A program made the translations under genes and the position numbers. The notes beneath the pieces were generated by a model, which ran no database searches, was not told the DNA's origin, and saw only the letters and a list, made by a program, of their open reading frames with translations. 64,000 nucleotides of DNA from Bacilli bacterium (GTDB lineage Bacteria; Bacillota_I; Bacilli_A; RF39; UBA660), in contig JBMNEQ010000002.1 of the NCBI GenBank assembly GCA_050948865.1, forward strand, positions 200,161-264,160, in the 5' to 3' direction. How positions within the stretch are numbered: the stretch's first letter is position 1; every line of letters begins with the position of its first letter. Positions 18,729-28,469 of this stretch are shown here, piece after piece.

Positions 18729-19603
18729 AATCAGGGTTTGTTTCCATAATAGGTAGGCCTAATGTTGGGAAATCCACTTTATTAAATAGTATTTTGAATC
18801 AAAAAATTGCAATAATATCTGATAAACCTCAAACAACAAGAAATAAAATTCAAGGAGTTTATCATGAAGAAGATTTACAAATAGTTTTTATTGATACTCC
18901 AGGTATTCATAAGCCGAAACATCGTTTAGGTAAACATTTAAATGCTTCTGCTTATCATTCTATCGAAGAAGTTGATGTTGTTTTATTTTTAATTGATATT
19001 ACAGAATCTTTAGGTCGGGGAGATAAATTTGTTATTAATAAGTTAAGGGAAGTTAATAAACCAGTTATTTTGGTTTTAAACAAAATAGATAAAATTAAAA
19101 AAGAAATGATTTTACCTAAAATAGAAGAGTATAGGAATTTATATGATTTTGATGCTATTGTTCCTTTATCAGCTTTAAAGAAGGATAATATAAGTCGTTT
19201 AATAGAAGTAATAAAAAAGTATTTAACTGATACTATAGAATATTATAAAAAGGATGAAGTAAATAGTTTATCTAAAGAGTTTATGTTGGCAGAATTAGTT
19301 AGAGAAAAAGTTTTAATTTTTACTAGTGAAGAAGTTCCACATGCTGTAACTTGTTTAGTAGAAAAGATTGAAGAGAAGATTGATATTGCTTATCTTAATG
19401 TTTTAATTATTGTTGATCGAGAAAACTTAAGAAAAATAATTATTGGTAAAAAGGGACAAAAGATTAAACAAATAGGAATAGAGGCAAGGGAGGAAATAGA
19501 AAAATATTTAAAGAAAAAGGTTTATCTTAAACTTTATGTTAAAGTTTTTCCTAAATGGCGAGATAAAATAAAAACTTTAAATGATTTAGGTTTTAAAATT
19601 TGA
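18725..19603 (+). CDS. era: GTPase Era
   Basis: GRPNVGKST, DTPG, NKID, KH domain. Confidence 0.97.
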   Translation: MKSGFVSIIGRPNVGKSTLLNSILNQKIAIISDKPQTTRNKIQGVYHEEDLQIVFIDTPGIHKPKHRLGKHLNASAYHSIEEVDVVLFLIDITESLGRGDKFVINKLREVNKPVILVLNKIDKIKKEMILPKIEEYRNLYDFDAIVPLSALKKDNISRLIEVIKKYLTDTIEYYKKDEVNSLSKEFMLAELVREKVLIFTSEEVPHAVTCLVEKIEEKIDIAYLNVLIIVDRENLRKIIIGKKGQKIKQIGIEAREEIEKYLKKKVYLKLYVKVFPKWRDKIKTLNDLGFKI

Positions 19604-19653
19604 ATAAAAAAAGAAATAGTTAACCATTATAATAATGAAAGGTGGTTAATTAA

Positions 19654-19746
19654 ATGACTAAAAAAGAAATATGGAAACTTTTTATTAAAACAGGTAAAAT
19701 AAGATATTATTTAAAATATAAAGCGATGGCGAACGAAGGAGAATAA
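19654..19746 (+). CDS. yqzL: YqzL-like small protein (30 aa); not in the ORF track
   Basis: MTKKEIWKLFIKTGKIRYYLKYKAMANEGE; era-yqzL-recO order. Confidence 0.75.
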   Translation: MTKKEIWKLFIKTGKIRYYLKYKAMANEGE

Positions 19747-19750
19747 CTTT

Positions 19751-20485
19751 ATGATAAAGAAAGTTGAAGGCTTAATTATTAGAGATTTAGATTATGGTGA
19801 TACTAGTAAAATAATTTATCTCTTAACTAAAGAATATGGTCAACTTTCTGTTATAGCTAAAGGTGTTAAAAGCTTAAAAAGCAAATTAAGAGGAGTAACA
19901 ATGAAACTAACTTATGGTTATTTTCATATTTATTATAAAGAAGATAAATTATCAATTTTAGCTGAAGTGGATGTAATTGATAATTTGTTAGTAATAAAAA
20001 AAGATCTTACTAGACTTAGTTATGCTTCTTTTATTTGTAATTTAGTAGGACAAGTTATAAAACAGGCTAAAGAAGAAGAAAAGGAGGTAATTTATACTTC
20101 TTTTATTAATTCTCTTTTAAAAATAAATGAAGGTTATGATCCTTTAGTTATAACAAATATTTTGGAATTTAAATTATTAGATTATTTAGGAGTAAAACCA
20201 ATCATAGATAGATGCGTAAAGTGTGGTAATACAAATTCTATTGTTACTATTTCTAGTAGGGATTCTGGTTTTTTATGTTCTAAATGTTATCAAAACGAAA
20301 CTTTAATAAGCAGTAAGTCAATTAAGTTTTTACGAATGTTTTCTTACTTAGATATTGCTAAAATATCGAAGTTAAAAATTAGTGAAGAAGTAAAGCATGA
20401 AATAAATAATTTTATTAATATTTATTATCAAGAACATACAGGTTTATATTTAGATTCTAAAAACTTTTTAGAAGAAATAAAATAA
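19751..20485 (+). CDS. recO: DNA repair protein RecO
   Basis: DYGDTSKI, AKGVK, CxxC...CxxC. Confidence 0.93.
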   Translation: MIKKVEGLIIRDLDYGDTSKIIYLLTKEYGQLSVIAKGVKSLKSKLRGVTMKLTYGYFHIYYKEDKLSILAEVDVIDNLLVIKKDLTRLSYASFICNLVGQVIKQAKEEEKEVIYTSFINSLLKINEGYDPLVITNILEFKLLDYLGVKPIIDRCVKCGNTNSIVTISSRDSGFLCSKCYQNETLISSKSIKFLRMFSYLDIAKISKLKISEEVKHEINNFINIYYQEHTGLYLDSKNFLEEIK

Positions 20486-20531
20486 AGGCGGCATTTAATT
20501 ATTTATAACATTTAAAAAAGTTGAATTATTT

Positions 20532-20560
20532 TTGACAAATATTTATAATTATGCTATTAT
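20532..20560 (+). promoter_or_regulatory. SigA-type promoter
   Basis: TTGACA-17-TATTAT. Confidence 0.7.
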
Positions 20561-20574
20561 AAAATTTAATTTTA

Positions 20575-20775
20575 AAAAGCAATGAAAAGAAATAGTAAAT
20601 AATCCTCTTATCAATAGTGAATTGACGGTTAGTGGAAGTTAATGATAATGTTTATTGAACGTAGCTTGGAGCTTTTAAAGTAAATCTGCTATAAAGATAA
20701 AGAGTTGTATAGATTTCTATAAAATAAGGTGGTACCGCGTTATATCGTCCTTATATTATGGAAATCTTTTTTTTT
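20575..20775 (+). promoter_or_regulatory. T-box leader (specifier GUA/Val or CGU/Arg)
   Basis: Stem I with GA motif, AGUA and GAACGUAG; T-box AAGGTGGTACCGCG at 20726; CGTCCTT. Confidence 0.88.
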
Positions 20776-20797
20776 AAAAAATAAAGGAGGTAAAAAA

Positions 20798-20836
20798 ATG
20801 AAAAAAAATATTTATAGGAATAGACGATACCGGTAG
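20798..20836 (+). CDS. Arg-rich leader peptide MKKNIYRNRRYR
   Basis: AAGGAGGT RBS; four different Arg codons; followed by attenuator hairpins. Confidence 0.75.
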   Translation: MKKNIYRNRRYR

Positions 20837-20837
20837 A

Positions 20838-20934
20838 AGCGCTTGTAAATACGAAAACAAAGTAGATACAAGTGTTTTCCGATGCTTGTATCTACATAAA
20901 AAAAACTTATGTAGAAGAGGCATAAGTTTTTTTA
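20838..20934 (+). promoter_or_regulatory. Transcription attenuator with mutually exclusive hairpins and terminator
   Basis: A:B, B:C, C:D and D:E pairings; terminator AAAAAACTTATG...CATAAGTTTTTTT. Confidence 0.75.
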
Positions 20935-20949
20935 TTTGAAGGAGGAAAT

Positions 20950-22008
20950 ATGAAAAAGAAAATTATTCAAACTTTAGGCGATTTGATGAAATATAAAACA
21001 ATAGAAGGAAATAGTAAGGATTTTGATAGAGCTTTTGATTATATAAAAAAAGAAGTTTCTAAAACATTATTTTTAGTTGAGTATAAATTTAAAAATCAAA
21101 AAGCTCTAGTAATTAGTAATGTTAAAGAAAAGGTTTTAGATATTATATTTTGCACACATATTGATATAGTTCCTGCTGATAATTATGAAATGAAAATTAG
21201 TGATGATGTAATCTTTGGAAGGGGAACATTTGATATGAAGGGTAGTTTATCTGTTTTACTTAATTTATTTAATAATCTTAAAACAGATAAAAAAGTTGCT
21301 TTATTTATTACTAGTGATGAGGAAGTTGATGGTTATTCAGCAATGAAATTATTGAAAATATATAAAACTAATTTAGCAATTATTCCTGATGGTGGCTCGA
21401 ATTTTGATCTTATTGTAGAAGAAAAAGGTTTACTGCAATTAAAATTATCGATCAAAACTAAAGCGGCTCATGCTGCTGAATTGTATAAGGGAGAAAATGC
21501 TTTAATTAAATTAATTAAAATTTATGAAGAGTTAATAATTAAATACCCACTGCCAAAAAGTGAAACTGAATATATTACTTCTATTAATTTATCTAAGTTA
21601 GAAGGAGGGGATGCTTTAAATAAAGTCCCTGATTATGGTGAGATGATTTTAGATATTCGTTATACGTCTAAAGATAATGTGGAAGATATTATTAATTATA
21701 TAAAAAGCCTTAATAAAAAGGTTGTAGTTCAAACTATTGGTTTTGGACCTTTATTTAAAACAAAAATAAATGAAGAAATAAAAAGATATATAAAGATTTG
21801 TGAAATGGTTTTAAGAAAAGAAGTTCAAATTAAAACATCATCGATGGTGTCAGATGCTGTTTACTTTTCTAATTTAAATATTCCGACAATAATTATGAAT
21901 CCTGTAGGGGGAAATGCTCATGGCCCAGAAGAATATGTTACTCTATCTAGTTTAATAAAATTATATAAAATTTATGAAAAATTTTTGAAAAAGGAAGTGA
22001 AAAAATGA
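20950..22008 (+). CDS. M20 metallopeptidase (ArgE/DapE-like)
   Basis: HIDIVP, GRGTFDMKG, SDEE, AHAA, AHGPEE. Confidence 0.9.
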   Translation: MKKKIIQTLGDLMKYKTIEGNSKDFDRAFDYIKKEVSKTLFLVEYKFKNQKALVISNVKEKVLDIIFCTHIDIVPADNYEMKISDDVIFGRGTFDMKGSLSVLLNLFNNLKTDKKVALFITSDEEVDGYSAMKLLKIYKTNLAIIPDGGSNFDLIVEEKGLLQLKLSIKTKAAHAAELYKGENALIKLIKIYEELIIKYPLPKSETEYITSINLSKLEGGDALNKVPDYGEMILDIRYTSKDNVEDIINYIKSLNKKVVVQTIGFGPLFKTKINEEIKRYIKICEMVLRKEVQIKTSSMVSDAVYFSNLNIPTIIMNPVGGNAHGPEEYVTLSSLIKLYKIYEKFLKKEVKK

Positions 22009-22526
22009 ATTTAAATATTAAAAAAATAGAAATGTATAAAGACTTTAAAAAAGTTGTTCAAGTTTTTAAAGATCCACCATTTAGTGAAATATTAACAGAA
22101 AAGGAAATGATAGAGGAATTTAAATCTTATTTAGATAATGGGATATCTTATGGTTATTATAATAATAATAGTATATTAGGGTTTATTGGTGTTTTAAAAG
22201 GAGTTCAAAAGGGGCATCCTATAAATAAATATAATGCAGAGCAGGTGTTATATATTAATGGTATTGCTGTTTTAAAAGAATTCCGTAAAAAAGGAATTGC
22301 TACAAAACTTATGAATTATACTATAAAAGAAATAGATCTTTATAAATATTTAGCGATTTATTTAAGGACAAATTATCAAGGTTCAAAGATAAAAAATGTA
22401 GCTTTAAAAGCAGGTTTTGAAATCGTTAAAAAGGAAGGAAAAATAATAACTGAAGATGTTATTTTTAAAAGAAATAATGGGGAAATAGCTACAGATAAAA
22501 GAATGTTTATGTTAAAGAAACTTTAA
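22005..22526 (+). CDS. GNAT N-acetyltransferase
   Basis: IAVLKEFRKKGIATKLM acetyl-CoA motif. Confidence 0.88.
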   Translation: MNLNIKKIEMYKDFKKVVQVFKDPPFSEILTEKEMIEEFKSYLDNGISYGYYNNNSILGFIGVLKGVQKGHPINKYNAEQVLYINGIAVLKEFRKKGIATKLMNYTIKEIDLYKYLAIYLRTNYQGSKIKNVALKAGFEIVKKEGKIITEDVIFKRNNGEIATDKRMFMLKKL

Positions 22527-22528
22527 AA

Positions 22529-22695
22529 TTGACAAATATAAATAAGTATAATAAACTATAAGTATAAGAAAACGATGACGAAGTTGGCACTTCTAAGTTA
22601 TAGTTTAAAAAAGAGATTCTATGGAATAAATAAGGTGGAACCGCGGGGAAACTCGTCCTTATATATTTTTTAGAATCTTTTTATAAAAAAAGGAG
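22529..22695 (+). promoter_or_regulatory. Promoter and ultrashort Gly T-box leader of glyS
   Basis: TTGACA-17-TAAACT; GAAG-TTGGCA-CTTC hairpin with GGC; AAGGTGGAACCGCG. Confidence 0.8.
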
Positions 22696-22701
22696 ATGAA
22701 A

Positions 22702-24090
22702 ATGGAAAAGTTAACAATGGAAAAGATAGTATCTTTTTGTAAGCAGTATGGCTTTATTTATCAAGGTAGTGAATTATATGGGGGGTTAGCGAACACCTTT
22801 GATTATGGTCCTCTTGGGATTGAATTAAAAGAAAATCTTCGTAAAGCCTGGTGGAAAAAGTTTGTTCAAGAAAATCCTTATAATGTTGGTCTTCAATCAG
22901 CAATTTTAATGAATCCAAAAATTTGGGAGGTATCGGGTCATTTAAAACAAGCTACTGATCCTTTAATGGATTGTAAAAAATGTAAGGAACGTTTTAGGGC
23001 GGACAAAGTAATTAATGAATATATGAAAGAAAATAAGATAAATGATCAAGCGGATGGTTGGAATAATGAAAAGTTAATTAATTATTTAAAAGAAAAAAAG
23101 ATTAAATGTCCTAAATGTCAGGCTTTTGATTGGACAGATATTAGGGATTTTAATATAATGTTTAAAACCTATCAAGGGGTAACTGAAGAATCTCAAAATA
23201 TTGTTTATTTAAGACCAGAAACAGCGCAAGGGATGTTTGTTAATTTTAAAAATATTCAGCGCAGTATGCGTCTTAAAATTCCTTTTGGAGTAGCCCAAAC
23301 GGGAAAAAGTTTTCGTAATGAGATTACTCCTGGTAATTTTATTTTTAGGACTAGGGAATTTGAACAAATGGAATTGGAATTTTTTTGTCAACCAGGAACA
23401 GATTTAGCTTGGTTTGATTATTATAAAAAGTTTTGTTTAGATTGGTTAATAGATTTAGGAATAAAAAAAGAAAATCTTGATTTTCATGATCATTCTAAGG
23501 AAGAATTATGTCATTATTCAGTTGCGACAACTGATATTATTTATCATTATCCTTTTGGTTGGGATGAATTATGGGGAATAGCGAATAGGACTAATTATGA
23601 TTTAAAAAATCATTCTCAAGGTTCAAAAGTAGATTTATCATATTTAGATCCAGAAACTAATGAAAAGTATTTTCCATATTGTGTAGAACCAGCTTTAGGA
23701 TTAGATCGAGCTTTATTAGCTTTCTTATGTGATTCTTATTGTGAAGAAAAATTAGATAATGGTGAAACAAGAGAAATATTAAAACTTCATCCTTTTTTAG
23801 CCCCTTATAAAGTATCTGTTTTACCTTTATCAAAAAAGTATCACCAAGAAAAAGCTTTAGAAATATATCATAAATTAACCAAAAGATTGATGGTTAGTTA
23901 TGATGAAAATGGTAGTATTGGAAAAAGATATCGACGTCAAGATATAATTGGAACTCCTTTTGCTATTACAATTGATAATAATACTTTAGAAAATAATGAA
24001 GTAACAATTAGAGAGCGTGATACAATGGAACAAATAACTTTACCAATAGAAGAAATTGTTAATTATTTAGAAGAAAAAGTTTTATTTTAA
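22702..24090 (+). CDS. glyS: Glycine-tRNA ligase, alpha2 (dimeric) type
   Basis: DYGPLG, LRPETAQGMF, SFRNEITPGNFIFRTREFEQME. Confidence 0.96.
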   Translation: MEKLTMEKIVSFCKQYGFIYQGSELYGGLANTFDYGPLGIELKENLRKAWWKKFVQENPYNVGLQSAILMNPKIWEVSGHLKQATDPLMDCKKCKERFRADKVINEYMKENKINDQADGWNNEKLINYLKEKKIKCPKCQAFDWTDIRDFNIMFKTYQGVTEESQNIVYLRPETAQGMFVNFKNIQRSMRLKIPFGVAQTGKSFRNEITPGNFIFRTREFEQMELEFFCQPGTDLAWFDYYKKFCLDWLIDLGIKKENLDFHDHSKEELCHYSVATTDIIYHYPFGWDELWGIANRTNYDLKNHSQGSKVDLSYLDPETNEKYFPYCVEPALGLDRALLAFLCDSYCEEKLDNGETREILKLHPFLAPYKVSVLPLSKKYHQEKALEIYHKLTKRLMVSYDENGSIGKRYRRQDIIGTPFAITIDNNTLENNEVTIRERDTMEQITLPIEEIVNYLEEKVLF

Positions 24091-24171
24091 GTAAAATCTA
24101 TTTAAAATTTAATTTATATGTGGTAAAATCTTTTATAGATGATATTACTATAATAGATTTGGAGGGATAAA

Positions 24172-24582
24172 ATGGGTTTTAGTTTTAAAAAATTATTTTC
24201 CAGCGATGAAATAATTACTTCTAATTCTGATGAAGATGAGTTTTATAATATAAGTGTAGAAGAATCAATGGGGGAAAATGGTGAAGGAAAGAAAATGATT
24301 TTATTAGAACCACGGGCTTATTCTGAGTCGCAGCAAATAGCGGATCATTTAAAAAATCGTAATACAGTAGTAGTTAATTTAAAAAGAGTTACTGCTGATC
24401 AAGCAAAAAGAATTGTTGATTTTTTAAGTGGAACTGTTTATGCGATTGGGGGAGATTTACAAAAAATAGGTGGAGGAATCTTTTTATGCACTCCAAAAAA
24501 TATTACGGTTGATGGTAAAATTACTGAAGATGAAGAAAAATCAAAAGTTCATGATAATAGTGATATTGATGTTGAATGGTAA
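24172..24582 (+). CDS. sepF: Cell division protein SepF
   Basis: [20 protein letters not shown]. Confidence 0.95.
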   Translation: MGFSFKKLFSSDEIITSNSDEDEFYNISVEESMGENGEGKKMILLEPRAYSESQQIADHLKNRNTVVVNLKRVTADQAKRIVDFLSGTVYAIGGDLQKIGGGIFLCTPKNITVDGKITEDEEKSKVHDNSDIDVEW

Positions 24583-24640
24583 AAATATTAATCAAAGTAG
24601 AAAAATAATGCTAGAATAAGGCATAGTGTCGGGGTGAGAT

Positions 24641-25090
24641 ATGAAAAAATTTAATAAAACACTTCGTGGCTATAATCCTGAAGAAGTTAATGCTTTTTTG
24701 GATGAAGTTATTGGTCGAGTTGAAAAGATGGTTATAGAAAGAAGAAAAAATGAAAAACAAATGAGGGAACTTCTTTCTAAAGTTTCTAATTTAGAAGAAC
24801 AAATAAATCGTTATAAAGCTTTAGAGGGAACGATGAACCAAACTATAGTTGCGGCTCAAGATAGTGGGGAACAAATAAGAAGATTAGCCAAACAAGAAAG
24901 AGATATGGTTGTTAATGAAGCGAGGAAAAATGCTAATCGGATTATTAATGAAGCGTTAATGAGATCTGAAAAAATAGAATATCAAACTAGTATTATGCGA
25001 AAAAATATTTCTTTATTTAAAAAGAGATTAAGAGGGGTCATTGAAAATCAATTAGAGATGATTGATGATATTGAAATTTTAGAAATATAA
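24641..25090 (+). CDS. divIVA: DivIVA
   Basis: LRGYNPEEVNAFLDEV plus coiled coil; sepF-divIVA-ileS order. Confidence 0.92.
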   Translation: MKKFNKTLRGYNPEEVNAFLDEVIGRVEKMVIERRKNEKQMRELLSKVSNLEEQINRYKALEGTMNQTIVAAQDSGEQIRRLAKQERDMVVNEARKNANRIINEALMRSEKIEYQTSIMRKNISLFKKRLRGVIENQLEMIDDIEILEI

Positions 25091-25299
25091 AACAAATGAG
25101 GGAGACGGTTTTTTAATTAATTTAAAAGCGAGTTGGAACTGGTGAAAGCCAATAAAATTAATAAAAAATAGATCACTCCTGATGTTCCTTTTTAAAATAG
25201 TAGAAAAGGACGCTTAGCGTTATAAAAGAAAGTGCATAATAGTTATTATGAACTAAGGTGGTACCGCGTTTTAACGTCCTTATTTAAGGATGTTTTTTT
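25091..25299 (+). promoter_or_regulatory. Ile T-box (canonical, transcriptional)
   Basis: AUC specifier at 25172-25174, AAGGTGGTACCGCG, terminator ACGTCCTTATTTAAGGATGTTTTTTT. Confidence 0.92.
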
Positions 25300-25316
25300 A
25301 TAGAAAGAGTGATAAA

Positions 25317-28300
25317 ATGGAAAAAATATTTGAAAGTTTAAGTAAAGAAAGAATAAATAAGGTTGAAGATAAAATAGCAGATTATTGGGAAGAAATTGAT
25401 GTGTTAGAAAAATCTATTAGAAATAGGAAAAATAAACCTAATTTTGTTTTTTATGAGGGTCCTCCTACGGCGAATGGGATGCCTGGTATTCATCATGTAG
25501 TAGCGAGAATTTTAAAAGATACTATTTGTAAGTATAAAACGATGACCGGTTATCGGGTGATTAGAAAAGCAGGTTGGGATACTCATGGACTACCTGTTGA
25601 AATAGAAGTAGAAAAAGAACTTGGTTTAAAGAGTAAAGATGAAATAGAAAAATATGGGATTAAGGAATTTAATGAAAAGTGTAAAGAATCTGTTTTTCGC
25701 AATGAAAAAGCTTTTGCTGATATGACTAAGAAGATGGGTTATTTTATTGATTTAAAGAATCCTTATGTTACTTATCATAATGATTATATAGAAACTGAAT
25801 GGTGGATTTTAAAAAGGTTTTATGAAGAAGGATATCTTTATCAGGGTCATAAGATTTTACCTTATTGTGCAAGATGTGGAACAGGGATTTCAACGCATGA
25901 AGTTGCCCAAGGTTATAAAGAAGTAACTGTTGATAGTGTTACTGTGGCGATGAAATTAGTTGAGGAGGATGTTTATTTTTTAGTTTGGACAACAACTCCC
26001 TGGACTTTAATTTCTAATGTTGCAATAGCAGTTAATCCTCATGAAGATTATATAAAAGTAGAAAGTAAGGGTTATCATTTTATTTTAGCTTCTTCTTTAG
26101 CTGATAAGGTATTAGGTAAAGGTTATCAAGTTCTTCAAACTTTTAAAGGAAAAGAATTAGAAGGAAAAAGATATGAACAATTAATTCCTTCTTTAAAAGT
26201 TGATAAAAAAGCATTTTATGTTACTTTAGGAGACTTTGTTACTATGGAAGAAGGAACTGGTCTTGTTCATATTGCTCCTGCTTTTGGGGAGGATGATTAT
26301 CAATTATCTTTAAAGTATGATTTACCTGTTTTAAATCCTGTTGGTGAAGATGGAAAGTTTAAAGAAGGTTTATGGGCTTTTAAATTTGTTATGGATGCTG
26401 ATCAAGAGGTAATAAAATATTTAGAAGAAAATAATAAATTATTTAAAAAACAAAAGTTAGAACATAATTATCCTCATTGTTGGCGTTGTTCAACGCCATT
26501 ACTTTATTATGCTAAACCAAGTTGGTATATTGAAATGACAAAATTAAGAGATGATTTAATTAAAAATAATAATCAAGTTAAATGGGTTCCTAGTTTTGTT
26601 GGAGAAAAAAGATTTGGTAATTGGTTAGAAAATATTCAAGATTGGGCTATTTCTAGAGATCGTTATTGGGGAACGCCATTAAATATATGGAAATGTGAAT
26701 GTGGTCATATTGAAAGTATTGGTTCAAGGAAAGAATTAATAGAAAAAGCAATTGAAGATATTGATATGACTATTGATTTACATCGTCCTGATGTTGATGA
26801 TATTCATATTTTATGTCCAAAGTGTGGAAAAAGGGTGAGTAGAGTTAAAGAAGTAATTGATTGTTGGTTTGATTCAGGAAGTATGCCTTTTGCTCAATAT
26901 CATTATCCTTTTTCTAATCAAGAAATATTTAAAGATCAATTTCCAGCTGATTTTATATGTGAAGGAATTGATCAAACAAGAGGGTGGTTTTATTCTTTAA
27001 TTGCGATTTCAACATTTTTAATGAAAGAAACACCTTATAAAAGTGTTTTAGTAAATGATTTATTACTTGATAAAGATGGGGGGAAGATGAGTAAATCAAA
27101 AGGAAATACTGTTGATCCATTTAAACTTTTTGAGGAATATGGGGCTGATGTTTTAAGATGGTATTTATTATATGTTTCTCCTGTTTGGACTCCGACTAAG
27201 TTTGATTTAGAAGGTTTAAAAGAAGTGCAAGCGAAATTCTTTAATACTTATAAAAATACTTATACCTTTTTTGAGTTATACGCTAATACTGATGGGATAG
27301 ATCCAAGAACTTTTTTTGTATCTTATAAAGACCTAAAAGAAATAGATAAATGGTTATTATCTAAATATAATAAATTAATAGAAAATGTTAGAAATTATTA
27401 TGAAGAATATGATTTAACTAAGGTTGTTCGTTTAATTAGTGAATTTCTTAATGATGATTTTTCTAATTGGTATATTAGAAGAAATAGAAGACGTTTTTGG
27501 GCTAGTGAATTAGATTTAAATAAAAAAGCTGTTTATAAAACTACTTATGAGGTATTAGTTGGTTTAACAAAATTAATTGCTCCAATTATTCCTTTTATCT
27601 CTGAAGATATTTATCAAAAATTAACTAAGGAGGTTTCAGTTCATTTAACTGATTTTCCGCTTGTTGATAAAAGTTTAATAAACGAAGTTATTGAAAAGAA
27701 AATGGATTTAGTTAGGGAACTTATTACTTTAGGACGTTTAGCTCGTGAAGAAGCTAAAATAAAGGTTAGGCAACCATTAAAAGAAGTTATAATTGAAGAA
27801 AAACATCAAATAATTATTAATGATTTAGTTTCTTTAATTAAAGAAGAATTAAATGTTAAAGAAGTGATTTATGTTAAGGATATTAGTTCTTATATGGATT
27901 ATTTAGTTAAACCTAATTATAAGGTTGCTGGTCCAATTTTTGGTCCTAAAATCAAAGATTTAGCTAGAAGATTAAAAGATCTAAAAGAAGAAGAAGTTAA
28001 GAAGTTAAATAATGATGAAACTTTAAAATTAACAATAGAAAAAGAAGATTATATTTTAACAAAAGAATTAGTCGAGATTAAAATAGTAGCTAAAGAAGGC
28101 TTTAATGTCGGTATGAATAAAAATTTATTTATTATTTTTAATACTAGTTTAAATCAAGACTTAATTGATGAAGGGATTATTAGAGAATTAAATTCCAAGG
28201 TTCAACAGTTAAGAAAAACTTATGATTTTAATGTAATTGATCGTATTAATATTTATTATGATGGTAATAATGAGTTTGAAAATGCTTTAAATAAACATTT

Positions 28301-28412
28301 AGATTATGTAAAAAAAGAAGCTTTAGCAATAGAAGTCATAAAAAAGGATAATCTTTCTAAAAAATATGATTTAAATGGAATTGATGTTTATTTAGATGTT
28401 GAAAAAAGATAA
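25317..28412 (+). CDS. ileS: Isoleucine-tRNA ligase, type 2
   Basis: EGPPTANGMPGIHH, GWDTHGLP, KMSKS; long type-2 C-terminus. Confidence 0.95.
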   Translation: MEKIFESLSKERINKVEDKIADYWEEIDVLEKSIRNRKNKPNFVFYEGPPTANGMPGIHHVVARILKDTICKYKTMTGYRVIRKAGWDTHGLPVEIEVEKELGLKSKDEIEKYGIKEFNEKCKESVFRNEKAFADMTKKMGYFIDLKNPYVTYHNDYIETEWWILKRFYEEGYLYQGHKILPYCARCGTGISTHEVAQGYKEVTVDSVTVAMKLVEEDVYFLVWTTTPWTLISNVAIAVNPHEDYIKVESKGYHFILASSLADKVLGKGYQVLQTFKGKELEGKRYEQLIPSLKVDKKAFYVTLGDFVTMEEGTGLVHIAPAFGEDDYQLSLKYDLPVLNPVGEDGKFKEGLWAFKFVMDADQEVIKYLEENNKLFKKQKLEHNYPHCWRCSTPLLYYAKPSWYIEMTKLRDDLIKNNNQVKWVPSFVGEKRFGNWLENIQDWAISRDRYWGTPLNIWKCECGHIESIGSRKELIEKAIEDIDMTIDLHRPDVDDIHILCPKCGKRVSRVKEVIDCWFDSGSMPFAQYHYPFSNQEIFKDQFPADFICEGIDQTRGWFYSLIAISTFLMKETPYKSVLVNDLLLDKDGGKMSKSKGNTVDPFKLFEEYGADVLRWYLLYVSPVWTPTKFDLEGLKEVQAKFFNTYKNTYTFFELYANTDGIDPRTFFVSYKDLKEIDKWLLSKYNKLIENVRNYYEEYDLTKVVRLISEFLNDDFSNWYIRRNRRRFWASELDLNKKAVYKTTYEVLVGLTKLIAPIIPFISEDIYQKLTKEVSVHLTDFPLVDKSLINEVIEKKMDLVRELITLGRLAREEAKIKVRQPLKEVIIEEKHQIIINDLVSLIKEELNVKEVIYVKDISSYMDYLVKPNYKVAGPIFGPKIKDLARRLKDLKEEEVKKLNNDETLKLTIEKEDYILTKELVEIKIVAKEGFNVGMNKNLFIIFNTSLNQDLIDEGIIRELNSKVQQLRKTYDFNVIDRINIYYDGNNEFENALNKHLDYVKKEALAIEVIKKDNLSKKYDLNGIDVYLDVEKR

Positions 28413-28435
28413 AATTTAATTTTAATTATTGTTTT

Positions 28436-28469
28436 AAAAAAAGACTGAGTAAAATACTCAATCTTTTTT
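28436..28469. terminator. Bidirectional terminator between ileS and pilB
   Basis: AAAAAAGACTGAGT-AAAAT-ACTCAATCTTTTTT. Confidence 0.7.
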
